32,000 nucleotides of DNA from Patescibacteria group bacterium (GTDB taxonomy: Bacteria; Patescibacteriota; UBA1384; XYA2-FULL-43-10), in the NCBI GenBank assembly GCA_041674405.1, contig JBAYVT010000001.1, positions 218,827 through 250,826 on the forward strand, in the 5' to 3' direction. The notes under the pieces are model-generated. The model was not told the origin of the DNA. It was given only the letters and a program-made list of their open reading frames with translations, and did not search any database. The position numbers and the translations under genes were made by a program. Positions 9,449-16,472 of this stretch are shown piece by piece. Positions within the stretch are counted from its first letter, which is position 1, and each line of letters begins with the position of its first letter.

Positions 9449-10117
9449 ATGGAATCAGTAATCATAGCAGACAATTTAATAAAGATTTACCATTCAAGCA
9501 CCAACAATGTCAAAGCTTTAGATAAAGTGTCTCTTGAAATTTCGAGTGGTGAGTTTTTGATGATTACTGGCAGAAATGGCTCTGGAAAATCAACGCTTCT
9601 TCATCAATTAGCTTTATTAGATGAATATGATAGCGGCGAAATAATTATTAACAATCAAAAAACCTCCCACCTTTCGGAAAGAAAACGTATGGATTTGCGG
9701 CTCAGGGGGCTGGGCTATATCTTCCAGGAATACGCCTTGATCGGTGAACTTTCGGCACTGGAAAATGTAATGCTTCCGGCAATGATGCTGGAATCAAGCA
9801 AGGAAGCAAAGGCTAAGGCTTTCGAAATATTGGAAAAAGTTGATTTGAGAGAAAAATGCTTTCGGCTTCCATCAGAGCTTTCTGGCGGCGAACAACAAAG
9901 AGTCGCGATCGCTCGTTCGCTCATAAATAGCCCAAAGATTATTTTTGCCGACGAACCAACAGCAAATCTGGATTCGACCTCTTCAAAAAAAGTATTGGAA
10001 ATTTTTAAATCTTTAAATAAGAAAGATGATATTACTATTGTAATGGTTACTCATGAACCGGAGGAGTTGGCTTATGCCAGCCGTCATATTCAATTAGCAG
10101 ACGGAAGGATAGTATGA
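9449..10117 (+). CDS. ABC transporter ATP-binding protein (MacB/LolD/FtsE-like)
   Basis: Walker A 'GRNGSGKST', signature 'LSGGEQQR', Walker B 'IIFADEPT'. Confidence 0.9.
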   Translation: MESVIIADNLIKIYHSSTNNVKALDKVSLEISSGEFLMITGRNGSGKSTLLHQLALLDEYDSGEIIINNQKTSHLSERKRMDLRLRGLGYIFQEYALIGELSALENVMLPAMMLESSKEAKAKAFEILEKVDLREKCFRLPSELSGGEQQRVAIARSLINSPKIIFADEPTANLDSTSSKKVLEIFKSLNKKDDITIVMVTHEPEELAYASRHIQLADGRIV

Positions 10118-11316
10118 AAAGTCAAAACCGCCTGCCCTTTTATCTAACTTTAAAATATCTACAGCGAGGAAAAAAGTGGACATTATTCCTTACCGTTTTT
10201 CTGGTGGCTATTGCTTTTGTCAACTTGTTGTTCATCTCCTCTTTGTTTAACGGTATTATAAAAGGCACTAACGAACAAATTATTAACACCATGACTGGCA
10301 ATATTTATATCGCTCCCAAAGAGGGGGAAGAGTTTATAAGCAATAAAACCAAAAATGTTAATACTTTACGTTCGATTGATGGGGTTATTGGTGTAAGCGC
10401 TCAAGCCCAACTGCCGGCACGGCTTGAGTATAAAAAAATTTCCGGCAATTGGCAGGTGTTAGCCATAAAGCCAGGTGATGAGGCGCAAGTCACTAATACC
10501 TCACAAAAAATGATCGCTGGCCGTTATCTTGAGGAGAATGATGAAGATGGCATTATTTTAGGCCAGCAAATTGCCGGCGGCGACGGGGTAGAACAAAATG
10601 CATTTTCCCTCAAAGGCGCAAAAGTCGGCGAAAAAGTTAAATTAATTTTCAATAATCAATCATATGAGTTTACAATTCGCGGAATTTTTAAAACAAAATT
10701 TCTTAACGCCGATGAACAGGCTTTTATTACGCAAAAAGCTTTTGAAAAATTACTCCCGGAGATCGACGATAAAACAAGTACGATTATTATAAAAGTTGCG
10801 AATAATCATGACGAAGATACGGTAATTTCCAGTATTAAGGATAAAAACATTGACGGCAATGTCTATACTTGGCGCGAGGTTGCTGGACTAATGAAATCAG
10901 TAAGCGAAAGTTTTTCAAGTATTAATGTTATCATGACCTTTGTTGGCATATTAATTGCCGCTGTCACCATTTTTATAGTTATATATGTGGACATTATCAA
11001 CAAGCGAAAACAAATCGGCATTTTACGAGCCATTGGTATTCGGCCATACATCATTATTTTTAGTTATGTAATTTTATCGGCCGTTTATTCGGTAATAGGG
11101 GTTTTGCTCGGCACGGCCATATTTTTTGCAATCCTGACACCTTATTTTATAGCTCATCCATTTCAAATTCCAATAACGGATGTTGTTCTTGCCCTAGATA
11201 AAGTTGATTTTATTGCTCGCGCCGAAGCGGTAATGTGGGTTTCTGTATTTTCTGGTTTAATTCCGGCGGCAGTTGTTACTCGGACTAAAATGCTCGATGC
11301 GATTCTAGGGAGATAA
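10114..11316 (+). CDS. FtsX-like ABC transporter permease
   Basis: ATGA start/stop overlap with the ATPase gene. One N-terminal TM, a large periplasmic domain and three C-terminal TM helices (MacB/LolC architecture). Confidence 0.85.
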   Translation: MKSQNRLPFYLTLKYLQRGKKWTLFLTVFLVAIAFVNLLFISSLFNGIIKGTNEQIINTMTGNIYIAPKEGEEFISNKTKNVNTLRSIDGVIGVSAQAQLPARLEYKKISGNWQVLAIKPGDEAQVTNTSQKMIAGRYLEENDEDGIILGQQIAGGDGVEQNAFSLKGAKVGEKVKLIFNNQSYEFTIRGIFKTKFLNADEQAFITQKAFEKLLPEIDDKTSTIIIKVANNHDEDTVISSIKDKNIDGNVYTWREVAGLMKSVSESFSSINVIMTFVGILIAAVTIFIVIYVDIINKRKQIGILRAIGIRPYIIIFSYVILSAVYSVIGVLLGTAIFFAILTPYFIAHPFQIPITDVVLALDKVDFIARAEAVMWVSVFSGLIPAAVVTRTKMLDAILGR

Positions 11317-11343
11317 TGATTTCAACAATTAAAAGGGAATAAT

Positions 11344-11369
11344 AAAAACACCAATTTGTTGGTGTTTTT
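11344..11369. terminator. bidirectional terminator
   Basis: aaaaacaccaa / ttggtgttttt 11-bp stem with a tttg loop. Confidence 0.8.
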
Positions 11370-11373
11370 ATTA

Positions 11374-11392
11374 TGGTTCGGGGATAGGGATT
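11374..11392. repeat. 19-bp direct repeat of the tRNA-Gln 3' end (tggttcggggatagggatt), copy 1
   Basis: Identical to 11546-11564. Similarity continues about 5 nt further with a 1-nt indel. Confidence 0.9.
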
Positions 11393-11493
11393 TCGGGCAT
11401 TCGCGCTGCTCACTTCTAAAAACCCTCGGTTTTTAGTGTTTTCCGCCAGCGGGAGACCAATTGTTCTCCCGACCCCTCTCTCGTCCGAACCCC
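11374..11493 (-). other. unassigned structured ~120-nt element ending in a copy of the tRNA-Gln 3' end
   Basis: The ends pair (GGTTCGG/CCGAACC, GAGAGGG/CCCTATC, TCGGG/CCCGA). Internal hairpins are GGGAGA..TCTCCC and CTAAAAACC..GGTTTTTAG. It sits between two terminators. Confidence 0.3.
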
Positions 11494-11504
11494 ATATATA
11501 ACCA

Positions 11505-11536
11505 CCCAAAAGAAAAACGACCACCAAAAGGTGATC
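11505..11536 (-). terminator. terminator downstream of tRNA-Gln
   Basis: Minus strand GATCACC TTTT GGTGGTC followed by GTTTTTCTTTT. Confidence 0.7.
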
Positions 11537-11545
11537 ATTTTTCTT

Positions 11546-11619
11546 TGGTTCGGGGATAGGGATTCGGACCCCAATTCTTTGGACCAAAACCAAATGTCCT
11601 GCCATTAGACGATCCCCGA
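11546..11619 (-). tRNA. tRNA-Gln (anticodon UUG), CCA encoded
   Basis: Manual cloverleaf. Acceptor TCGGGGA/TCCCCGA, D stem GTCT/GGAC. Anticodon stem TTTGG/CCAAA with loop TTTTGGT. T stem TGGGG/CCCTA. 74 nt. Confidence 0.85.
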
Positions 11620-11701
11620 ATATCAAATTCTAATCCAAAACCCAGCTCCCAAACTTATCGTTTGCAAGCATTAGCATACCCGAAATCACTCGCATTTTCA
11701 A

Positions 11702-11789
11702 CTAAAACACCCCAGCGTAAGCCGAGGTGTTACCCATTACAGGTCTCCCTGAATTGGGCCATAATTTGCGTTCGCTGGGGCTGTTTTAG
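11702..11789 (-). other. long-range stem-loop directly 3' of rnpB (probable terminator with an elaborated loop)
   Basis: Minus strand CTAAAACAGCCCCAGCG pairs with CGCTGGGGTGTTTTAG (one bulge). The 55-nt loop holds GCCCA-CAGG-GAGA-CCTG-TGGGT, followed by TTG. Confidence 0.4.
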
Positions 11790-11793
11790 GCTT

Positions 11794-12118
11794 TATGAAG
11801 CATCCAATAAGCCGGGTTTTGTATAACGATAGCAATCTATCTACGCGTGGAGACCGCAGGTCACCTTCCGAGTCGGAATTGATGTCAGGCGGTCCACTCC
11901 ACTTGCACCGAGCTAGGCTTGCCACAGACGCACATTGCTGTACGAACGCGTGAGCTCTTACCTCACGATTTCAACCTTACCGGTCTTGCGACTTAGGCGG
12001 TATATTTTCTGTTGCGCTGTTCTCAGAGCTTTCACCCTGCTTGTTTTCACAAGCGCTCCACTCTGCGGTGCCCGGACTTTCCTCCCTTGCGGGTAGCTAT
12101 CTAGAATGCTTTTAAAGC
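11794..12118 (-). ncRNA. rnpB: RNase P RNA, bacterial type A, short (~325 nt)
   Basis: Conserved 'GAGGAAAGTCCGGGC', 'CAACAGAAAATATACCGCC', 'GGTAAGGTTGAAA..GGTAAGAGCTCAC' and 'ACAAAACCCGGCTTAT'. P1 AAGCATTC/GGATGCTT. Ends approximate. Confidence 0.9.
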
Positions 12119-12124
12119 ATTAAT

Positions 12125-12153
12125 ATTGTATCCGAAAATGACCAAAAAGTCAA
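12125..12153 (-). promoter_or_regulatory. rnpB promoter (TTGACT-17-TACAAT)
   Basis: Revcomp of 12148-12153 is TTGACT and of 12125-12130 is TACAAT, with a 17-nt spacer. Confidence 0.6.
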
Positions 12154-12180
12154 TGTTTAAGGGTTGGAACTCACAAAAAG

Positions 12181-12202
12181 ATTATCTTATATTAAAATAT
12201 TT
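12181..12202. repeat. 22-bp perfect direct repeat attatcttatattaaaatattt, left copy
   Basis: Identical to 13557-13578. The two copies bracket the G+C-rich HD/MTase cassette. Confidence 0.9.
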
Positions 12203-12244
12203 AAATTATAGGATATTGATACAAAATTTTAGTTTTAACCGAAG

Positions 12245-12268
12245 GCGCCAGGCCGCAAGGCCTGGCGC
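12245..12268 (-). terminator. GC-rich hairpin downstream of the HD/MTase gene
   Basis: gcgccaggcc / ggcctggcgc 10-bp stem with a gcaa tetraloop. Weak U-tract. Confidence 0.5.
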
Positions 12269-12278
12269 TCGGTGATAC

Positions 12279-13385
12279 TTAGTTGGTTCGGCCGAAAATC
12301 AGCCGGAAGGCTTCCGGGTCAACGCACGGATAGCCAGAAAAGTCGAAGTCGTGGTCTTCTGCGATCAGCGAGAAGCCTGGGAGCATCGCTTCGATCTGTC
12401 GACTTGCGACCTCGATGCTGTCTGCACCATAGGTCGGCGTGTAGCTCTCGATGACCTCGAGTCGCCCATCGCTTAAAGACAATACTCGGAGGAGTTCCTG
12501 TGGGCTGAGCGCATCGGGGCAGCGTAGTGCTACGTTCGCCATCACGATATCGCCAGCATCATCCGGAATCGGCAGTGCGTCCGCCGTCCCGGGCAAGATA
12601 ATCTCTGGGGCGGAGTTGCGCAGCTTGGCCGTCTCGACAGAAAGCACAGCCGCGACTTTGCGATCTGCCTGTGAGGGTTCGACGCCGATGATCAGCTCAA
12701 GCGGAGTATGTTTCCGAAAGAGGCTGATTGGCAGTCTGCCGGGCCCAATCTCTATAAGGACCTTTGGCTCCTCGCCGCGCTCCGCACAAAGCACACCGTA
12801 GTTGCGAATGATGTTTCTCGCTACATTGGTGTGCCATTCGCTGGCATGGTTCGTGCCCCAGTACTGGGGAGTGAGCCTGATCTCCGGCCAGAGATAGGCC
12901 ACCATTCCATGGAGATTCGGCCAGAAGAAGTCCCAGCCACCCTCAAAGCCGAACTCGGCCGCGAGTTTGTCGAAGTCCTCGCGAAAATCCGAGTACGCGC
13001 CAGCCATCCGTGATAGGTCGGCAGCACGCAAGATTTTCGCCTCGACGGTGACCGGCATGACGCCAGCATTGGTAGGTTTGATCGCATCGATCACTGCGGC
13101 GATCATGTGCTCCAGGTAGCCAAGTTTCCGCATCTCCTCGGCAGCCACCTTGGCACTCAGCTCCTCAGGAGTCGAGCACCCGAATTCTCGCGGATCCTTG
13201 CCAAACAACGCATCATGGAAAAGCGCTGCCCAGACAAGGACCTCAATCGAGACGTGGATGCCGCAATGTCGGCATCGTTCTGCAAGCATGAAGGCAGTTG
13301 CGCAGACCCCCTGAGCATGCCTCCAATTATGGTACGGCCGCATGGTGTAATACGGCCAAGCCAATTTCTCGATGAATCCCAGCAT
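12279..13385 (-). CDS. HD-domain phosphohydrolase fused to a class I methyltransferase-like domain (368 aa), G+C-rich cassette
   Basis: AAGGGGGA SD lies 5 nt before ATG 13385. HD signature 'YHNWRHAQGV ... ALFHDA'. C-terminal 'VLIEIGPGRLP', 'LIIGVEPS', 'DIVMANVAL'. Confidence 0.65.
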   Translation of the reverse strand: MLGFIEKLAWPYYTMRPYHNWRHAQGVCATAFMLAERCRHCGIHVSIEVLVWAALFHDALFGKDPREFGCSTPEELSAKVAAEEMRKLGYLEHMIAAVIDAIKPTNAGVMPVTVEAKILRAADLSRMAGAYSDFREDFDKLAAEFGFEGGWDFFWPNLHGMVAYLWPEIRLTPQYWGTNHASEWHTNVARNIIRNYGVLCAERGEEPKVLIEIGPGRLPISLFRKHTPLELIIGVEPSQADRKVAAVLSVETAKLRNSAPEIILPGTADALPIPDDAGDIVMANVALRCPDALSPQELLRVLSLSDGRLEVIESYTPTYGADSIEVASRQIEAMLPGFSLIAEDHDFDFSGYPCVDPEAFRLIFGRTN

Positions 13386-13500
13386 CTTGGTCCCCCTTGT
13401 GTACAAGCCTGAATTTCGAGCAGTGCTAGATTAACACAAAAAACATGTTCCGTAAATTATCCAAACATTAGTACATCCATCCAAATCTTATTATTCCAAA

Positions 13501-13538
13501 CGTAACAATTTCTCCGCGACCGCGGAGAAATTGTTACG
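13501..13538. terminator. bidirectional terminator (18-bp perfect palindrome)
   Basis: cgtaacaatttctccgcg / cgcggagaaattgttacg with flanking A and T runs. Lies downstream of the Nudix/thrS operon. Confidence 0.8.
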
Positions 13539-13556
13539 TTTTTATTTCTAAAACAA

Positions 13557-13578
13557 ATTATCTTATATTAAAATATTT
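13557..13578. repeat. 22-bp perfect direct repeat attatcttatattaaaatattt, right copy
   Basis: Identical to 12181-12202. Confidence 0.9.
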
Positions 13579-13604
13579 TTATCAAATAAGTACAAAAAAG
13601 TGAT

Positions 13605-14030
13605 TTATTTAATCATTTTCTTTAGATAAATATCTACTGGCTCCTTCGTGGTTTGGGTAAGCTTTTTGGGAAGTTTATCCGGTGGGAACCATCTCATATC
13701 CTCGTGCTTATTCGGTTCCATATTTTTTGGTTCCTGGCCGTCTCGGATTTTTGCCAGGTGGTGGATCGCCACCCAATGCTGACCTTCAATTATATGGTCC
13801 GTGTATCCTAGACACTCTAAGATATCAATATCGACTCCAATTTCCTCACGAATCTCTCGCTTTAGCATCTCTTCAACTGTTTCACCAAATTCAACCGTGC
13901 CGCCGGGCTTCGTCCAAAAACCGGCATCGTTATTGCTTTTTGACGTTCGTTTTAATAATAGAATTTCGTTGTTGTCATTGACAATTAAGGCACCGCCACC
14001 AACTCCGATGAAGTCTTTCCCTGGTTTTAT
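13605..14030 (-). CDS. Nudix hydrolase (141 aa if initiated at ATA 14030)
   Basis: Perfect Nudix box 'GGTVEFGETVEEMLKREIREEIGV' straddles the ORF-track ATG (13868), so the gene must start upstream. The only open frame there has no ATG/GTG/TTG. AAGGAG lies 5 nt before ATA 14030. Confidence 0.7.
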   Translation of the reverse strand: MKPGKDFIGVGGGALIVNDNNEILLLKRTSKSNNDAGFWTKPGGTVEFGETVEEMLKREIREEIGVDIDILECLGYTDHIIEGQHWVAIHHLAKIRDGQEPKNMEPNKHEDMRWFPPDKLPKKLTQTTKEPVDIYLKKMIK

Positions 14031-14032
14031 TT

Positions 14033-15757
14033 TTACTCCTTGACTTCTTTAATAACCGCAGATAAATCTTCTTGCCCTTTGTCGCCTTCGCCATATTTAC
14101 GGACAGCGACTTTTTCAGCCTCGATTTCTTTGTCGCCGACAATAAGCATATATGGGATTTTTTGCATCTCGGCTTCGCGAATTTTTTTGCCGATCGATTC
14201 AGTACGATCATCAACCTTAACTCGAATTCCGGCTTCATTGAGCTCCTTTTCGATTTTTGCGGCGTAGTCCAAATGTTTATCGGAGATTGGCAACACAATA
14301 GCCTGGACAGGAGCGAGCCATGTCGGAAATGCGCCGGCAACATTCTCGATATATATACCAAGAAAACGCTCGATTGCCCCATAAATCACGCGATGGATCA
14401 TTACAGGACGGACTTTTTCACCTTTTTCATCAATATAGGTCAAGTCGAATGTTTCCGGATTGGCAAAGTCAAGCTGTATTGTGCCGCACTGCCATGTGCG
14501 ACCGATAGCATCCTTTAGATGAAAATCAAATTTCGGGCCATAGAATGCTCCATCACCTTCATTAACTTTATGTTCGATTTTGTTTTCAGCAAGAATTTCC
14601 TTCATTGTCGATTCTGCCTTTTCCCAAACCTCATCCGAACCGACTGACTTTTCCGGCCTTGTTGAAAGCTCAATATGATCAACTTTCATGCCAAATTTCT
14701 CATACATTTCAAAACATAAATCAAATACCTTTTTGATTTCTTCCTTTACCTGATCAGGCCGGCAATAGATGTGGGCATCATCTTGTGTAAACTGGCGAAG
14801 GCGCATAAGCCCATGGACTTCGCCCGAACCTTCGTAGCGGTGGACCAAGCCAATCTCCCCCATCTTTACCGGCAGATCTCGGTATGAATGAACCTTAGTC
14901 CTGTAAATCAGCATACCGCCGATGCAGTTCATTGGCTTTACAGCATAGGAATAATCTTTTTCATCGGGAGTTCTGGCTAAATACATTCTTTCGGCATAGT
15001 TTTTCATGTGTCCGCTCTGCTCCCAGACTTCTTTTAGCATCATGATTGGGGTATTTACCTCTTCGTATCTCTCACGGCGATGAACCTGCCGCCAATACTC
15101 GAGCATTTTTTGAAATACAATCCAGCCATTATCATGCCAAAAAACAAAGTTTGGTCCTTCCTTGTGAAACGAAAAGAGATCCAGCTCCGTGGCAAGTTTG
15201 CGGTGATCGCGCTTCTCAGCTTCCAGTATGATTTCTTCATACTTTTTAAGCTCAGACTCGTTTTCAAACGCAAGAGCATATATCCTCTGTAGCATTTTGT
15301 TTTTCTCACTACCTCGCCAATAAGCACCGGCAATTTTATCAAGCTTAAAACCAACATTTTTGAGATCAGAGGTTGTATCAACGTGAGGACCAGCACAAAG
15401 ATCGACAAATTCTCCTGTTTTGTAAAGTGAAACTTTGTCATTGCCACTACTCTTCAAATCTTTAATCAACTCCAATTTGTAATTTTGTTTGTCAAATTTT
15501 TCAATTGCTTGGCTTATTTCCACTTCTGATTTTTCAAAGGCAAGATTCTTTTCAATAATCTCGCGCATTTTTTTCTCAAGTTTTGGCAAATCCTCCGGCA
15601 CCAAAGCTCGGGGCAAGTCAAAATCATAATAAAAGCCATTTTCAATCGCCGGACCAATACCAAGTTTTGCATCAGGGAACATCTCAAGTACTGCCATCGC
15701 CAGTACATGGCTCAGCGAATGCCTCATGGTTTCAAGTTCAAATTTTTTTTCAGCCAT
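14033..15757 (-). CDS. thrS: threonine--tRNA ligase (no N-terminal TGS domain)
   Basis: 'RHSLSHVLAMA', 'GPAIENGFYYDF' and class II motif 'HRYEGSGEVHGLMRLRQFTQDDAH', plus a C-terminal anticodon-binding domain. Confidence 0.95.
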   Translation of the reverse strand: MAEKKFELETMRHSLSHVLAMAVLEMFPDAKLGIGPAIENGFYYDFDLPRALVPEDLPKLEKKMREIIEKNLAFEKSEVEISQAIEKFDKQNYKLELIKDLKSSGNDKVSLYKTGEFVDLCAGPHVDTTSDLKNVGFKLDKIAGAYWRGSEKNKMLQRIYALAFENESELKKYEEIILEAEKRDHRKLATELDLFSFHKEGPNFVFWHDNGWIVFQKMLEYWRQVHRRERYEEVNTPIMMLKEVWEQSGHMKNYAERMYLARTPDEKDYSYAVKPMNCIGGMLIYRTKVHSYRDLPVKMGEIGLVHRYEGSGEVHGLMRLRQFTQDDAHIYCRPDQVKEEIKKVFDLCFEMYEKFGMKVDHIELSTRPEKSVGSDEVWEKAESTMKEILAENKIEHKVNEGDGAFYGPKFDFHLKDAIGRTWQCGTIQLDFANPETFDLTYIDEKGEKVRPVMIHRVIYGAIERFLGIYIENVAGAFPTWLAPVQAIVLPISDKHLDYAAKIEKELNEAGIRVKVDDRTESIGKKIREAEMQKIPYMLIVGDKEIEAEKVAVRKYGEGDKGQEDLSAVIKEVKE

Positions 15758-15815
15758 ATAAACTCCAATATTACTTGTTAATCATATTGTAACAAAAATC
15801 AAACGGTTTAACTTT

Positions 15816-16274
15816 TTATTTTATTAGACCCAATCTTTCAAATAATTCAATCGATGGTGGGGTTAGTTTAATTTTGTCTAGTTCCGAGATATCAGCCCAT
15901 TGAAATATTTCAAGATCGTCGCCAATTTTTACCAAAATCTCACTCGCGTCTTCACTTGCCGATACCTTAAAAACATTGAAAGACATTGTGCACAAGACTT
16001 TTTCTCCGGTTGTTCGCAACGTTTTTTCCGACTCGCCAATTCCTTTGTCATCAATCAATTCAATGCTGTAATTCTTAATATTGATTCCTGTTTCCTCTGA
16101 AATTTCTCTCCGAAGTGCCGTCTCAAAATTTTCATCTTCATCCACGCCTCCTCCCGGAAGATGCCAAAAGTCCACGTAAACTCCGCCTCCGTGAGCGTGT
16201 TTTTTACCAAGAAATATTTTTTTATCTTTTGAAATAATCATTGCGGAGACTATTTCACGATGGATTGTGCGCAT
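15816..16274 (-). CDS. Nudix hydrolase
   Basis: Nudix box 'GGGVDEDENFETALRREISEETGI'. Confidence 0.85.
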   Translation of the reverse strand: MRTIHREIVSAMIISKDKKIFLGKKHAHGGGVYVDFWHLPGGGVDEDENFETALRREISEETGINIKNYSIELIDDKGIGESEKTLRTTGEKVLCTMSFNVFKVSASEDASEILVKIGDDLEIFQWADISELDKIKLTPPSIELFERLGLIK

Positions 16275-16297
16275 TGTATTGATATTAAACTAAATAA

Positions 16298-16355
16298 AAA
16301 GACCAATTATCTCGAGACCCCAAACTTTGGGGGGTTCCATCTCGATATGGTCTTT
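16298..16355. terminator. composite hairpin terminator downstream of glyA
   Basis: Outer aaagacca/tggtcttt, inner ccccaaactttgggg, T-runs on both strands. Confidence 0.6.
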
Positions 16356-16472
16356 ATTTGCCGATTCGTTTCGGCTTACGCTGTTTCTCGCCGGTTGGTG
16401 AATCCGGGTCACTAAAACAGATTAATTGACATTAGTTTAACACATTTAGATAAGAACGTAAATATCTTCAGA

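Noticed and set aside
11374-11493. Interpretation as SRP (4.5S) RNA or as a second intron-containing tRNA
   Set aside because: It forms a long hairpin, but the conserved SRP domain IV sequence (GGAA tetraloop, AGCAGC-type symmetric loop with matching 5' AGG) is not present. It has no D-arm or T-arm, and only the last ~20 nt resemble a tRNA. Left as unassigned.
11285-11626. 113-aa ORF on the minus strand
   Set aside because: It runs through tRNA-Gln, two terminators and the structured element, so it is not coding.
11737-11925. 62-aa ORF on the minus strand
   Set aside because: It lies inside RNase P RNA and its 3' hairpin.
12451-13412. Several plus-strand ORFs (116, 101, 101 aa) and an 88-aa minus-strand ORF inside the HD/MTase gene
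   Set aside because: They are overlapping alternative-frame artefacts of the G+C-rich 368-aa gene.
14028-14045. Programmed -1 frameshift fusing ThrRS to the Nudix domain
   Set aside because: The Nudix frame is -1 relative to thrS, but there is no slippery X XXY YYZ heptamer at the junction. Independent initiation at ATA behind the AAGGAG is simpler.
13975-14382. 135-aa minus-strand ORF
   Set aside because: It is an alternative frame entirely inside the thrS 3' region, with Lys/Arg-rich junk sequence.
16356-16440. Two small GC-rich hairpins (ccgg..ccgg, gccga..tcggc) in the glyA 3' region as a small RNA
   Set aside because: There is no promoter, no recognisable family and only short stems. 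It most likely belongs to the glyA 3' UTR upstream of the terminator. Not enough evidence to call.
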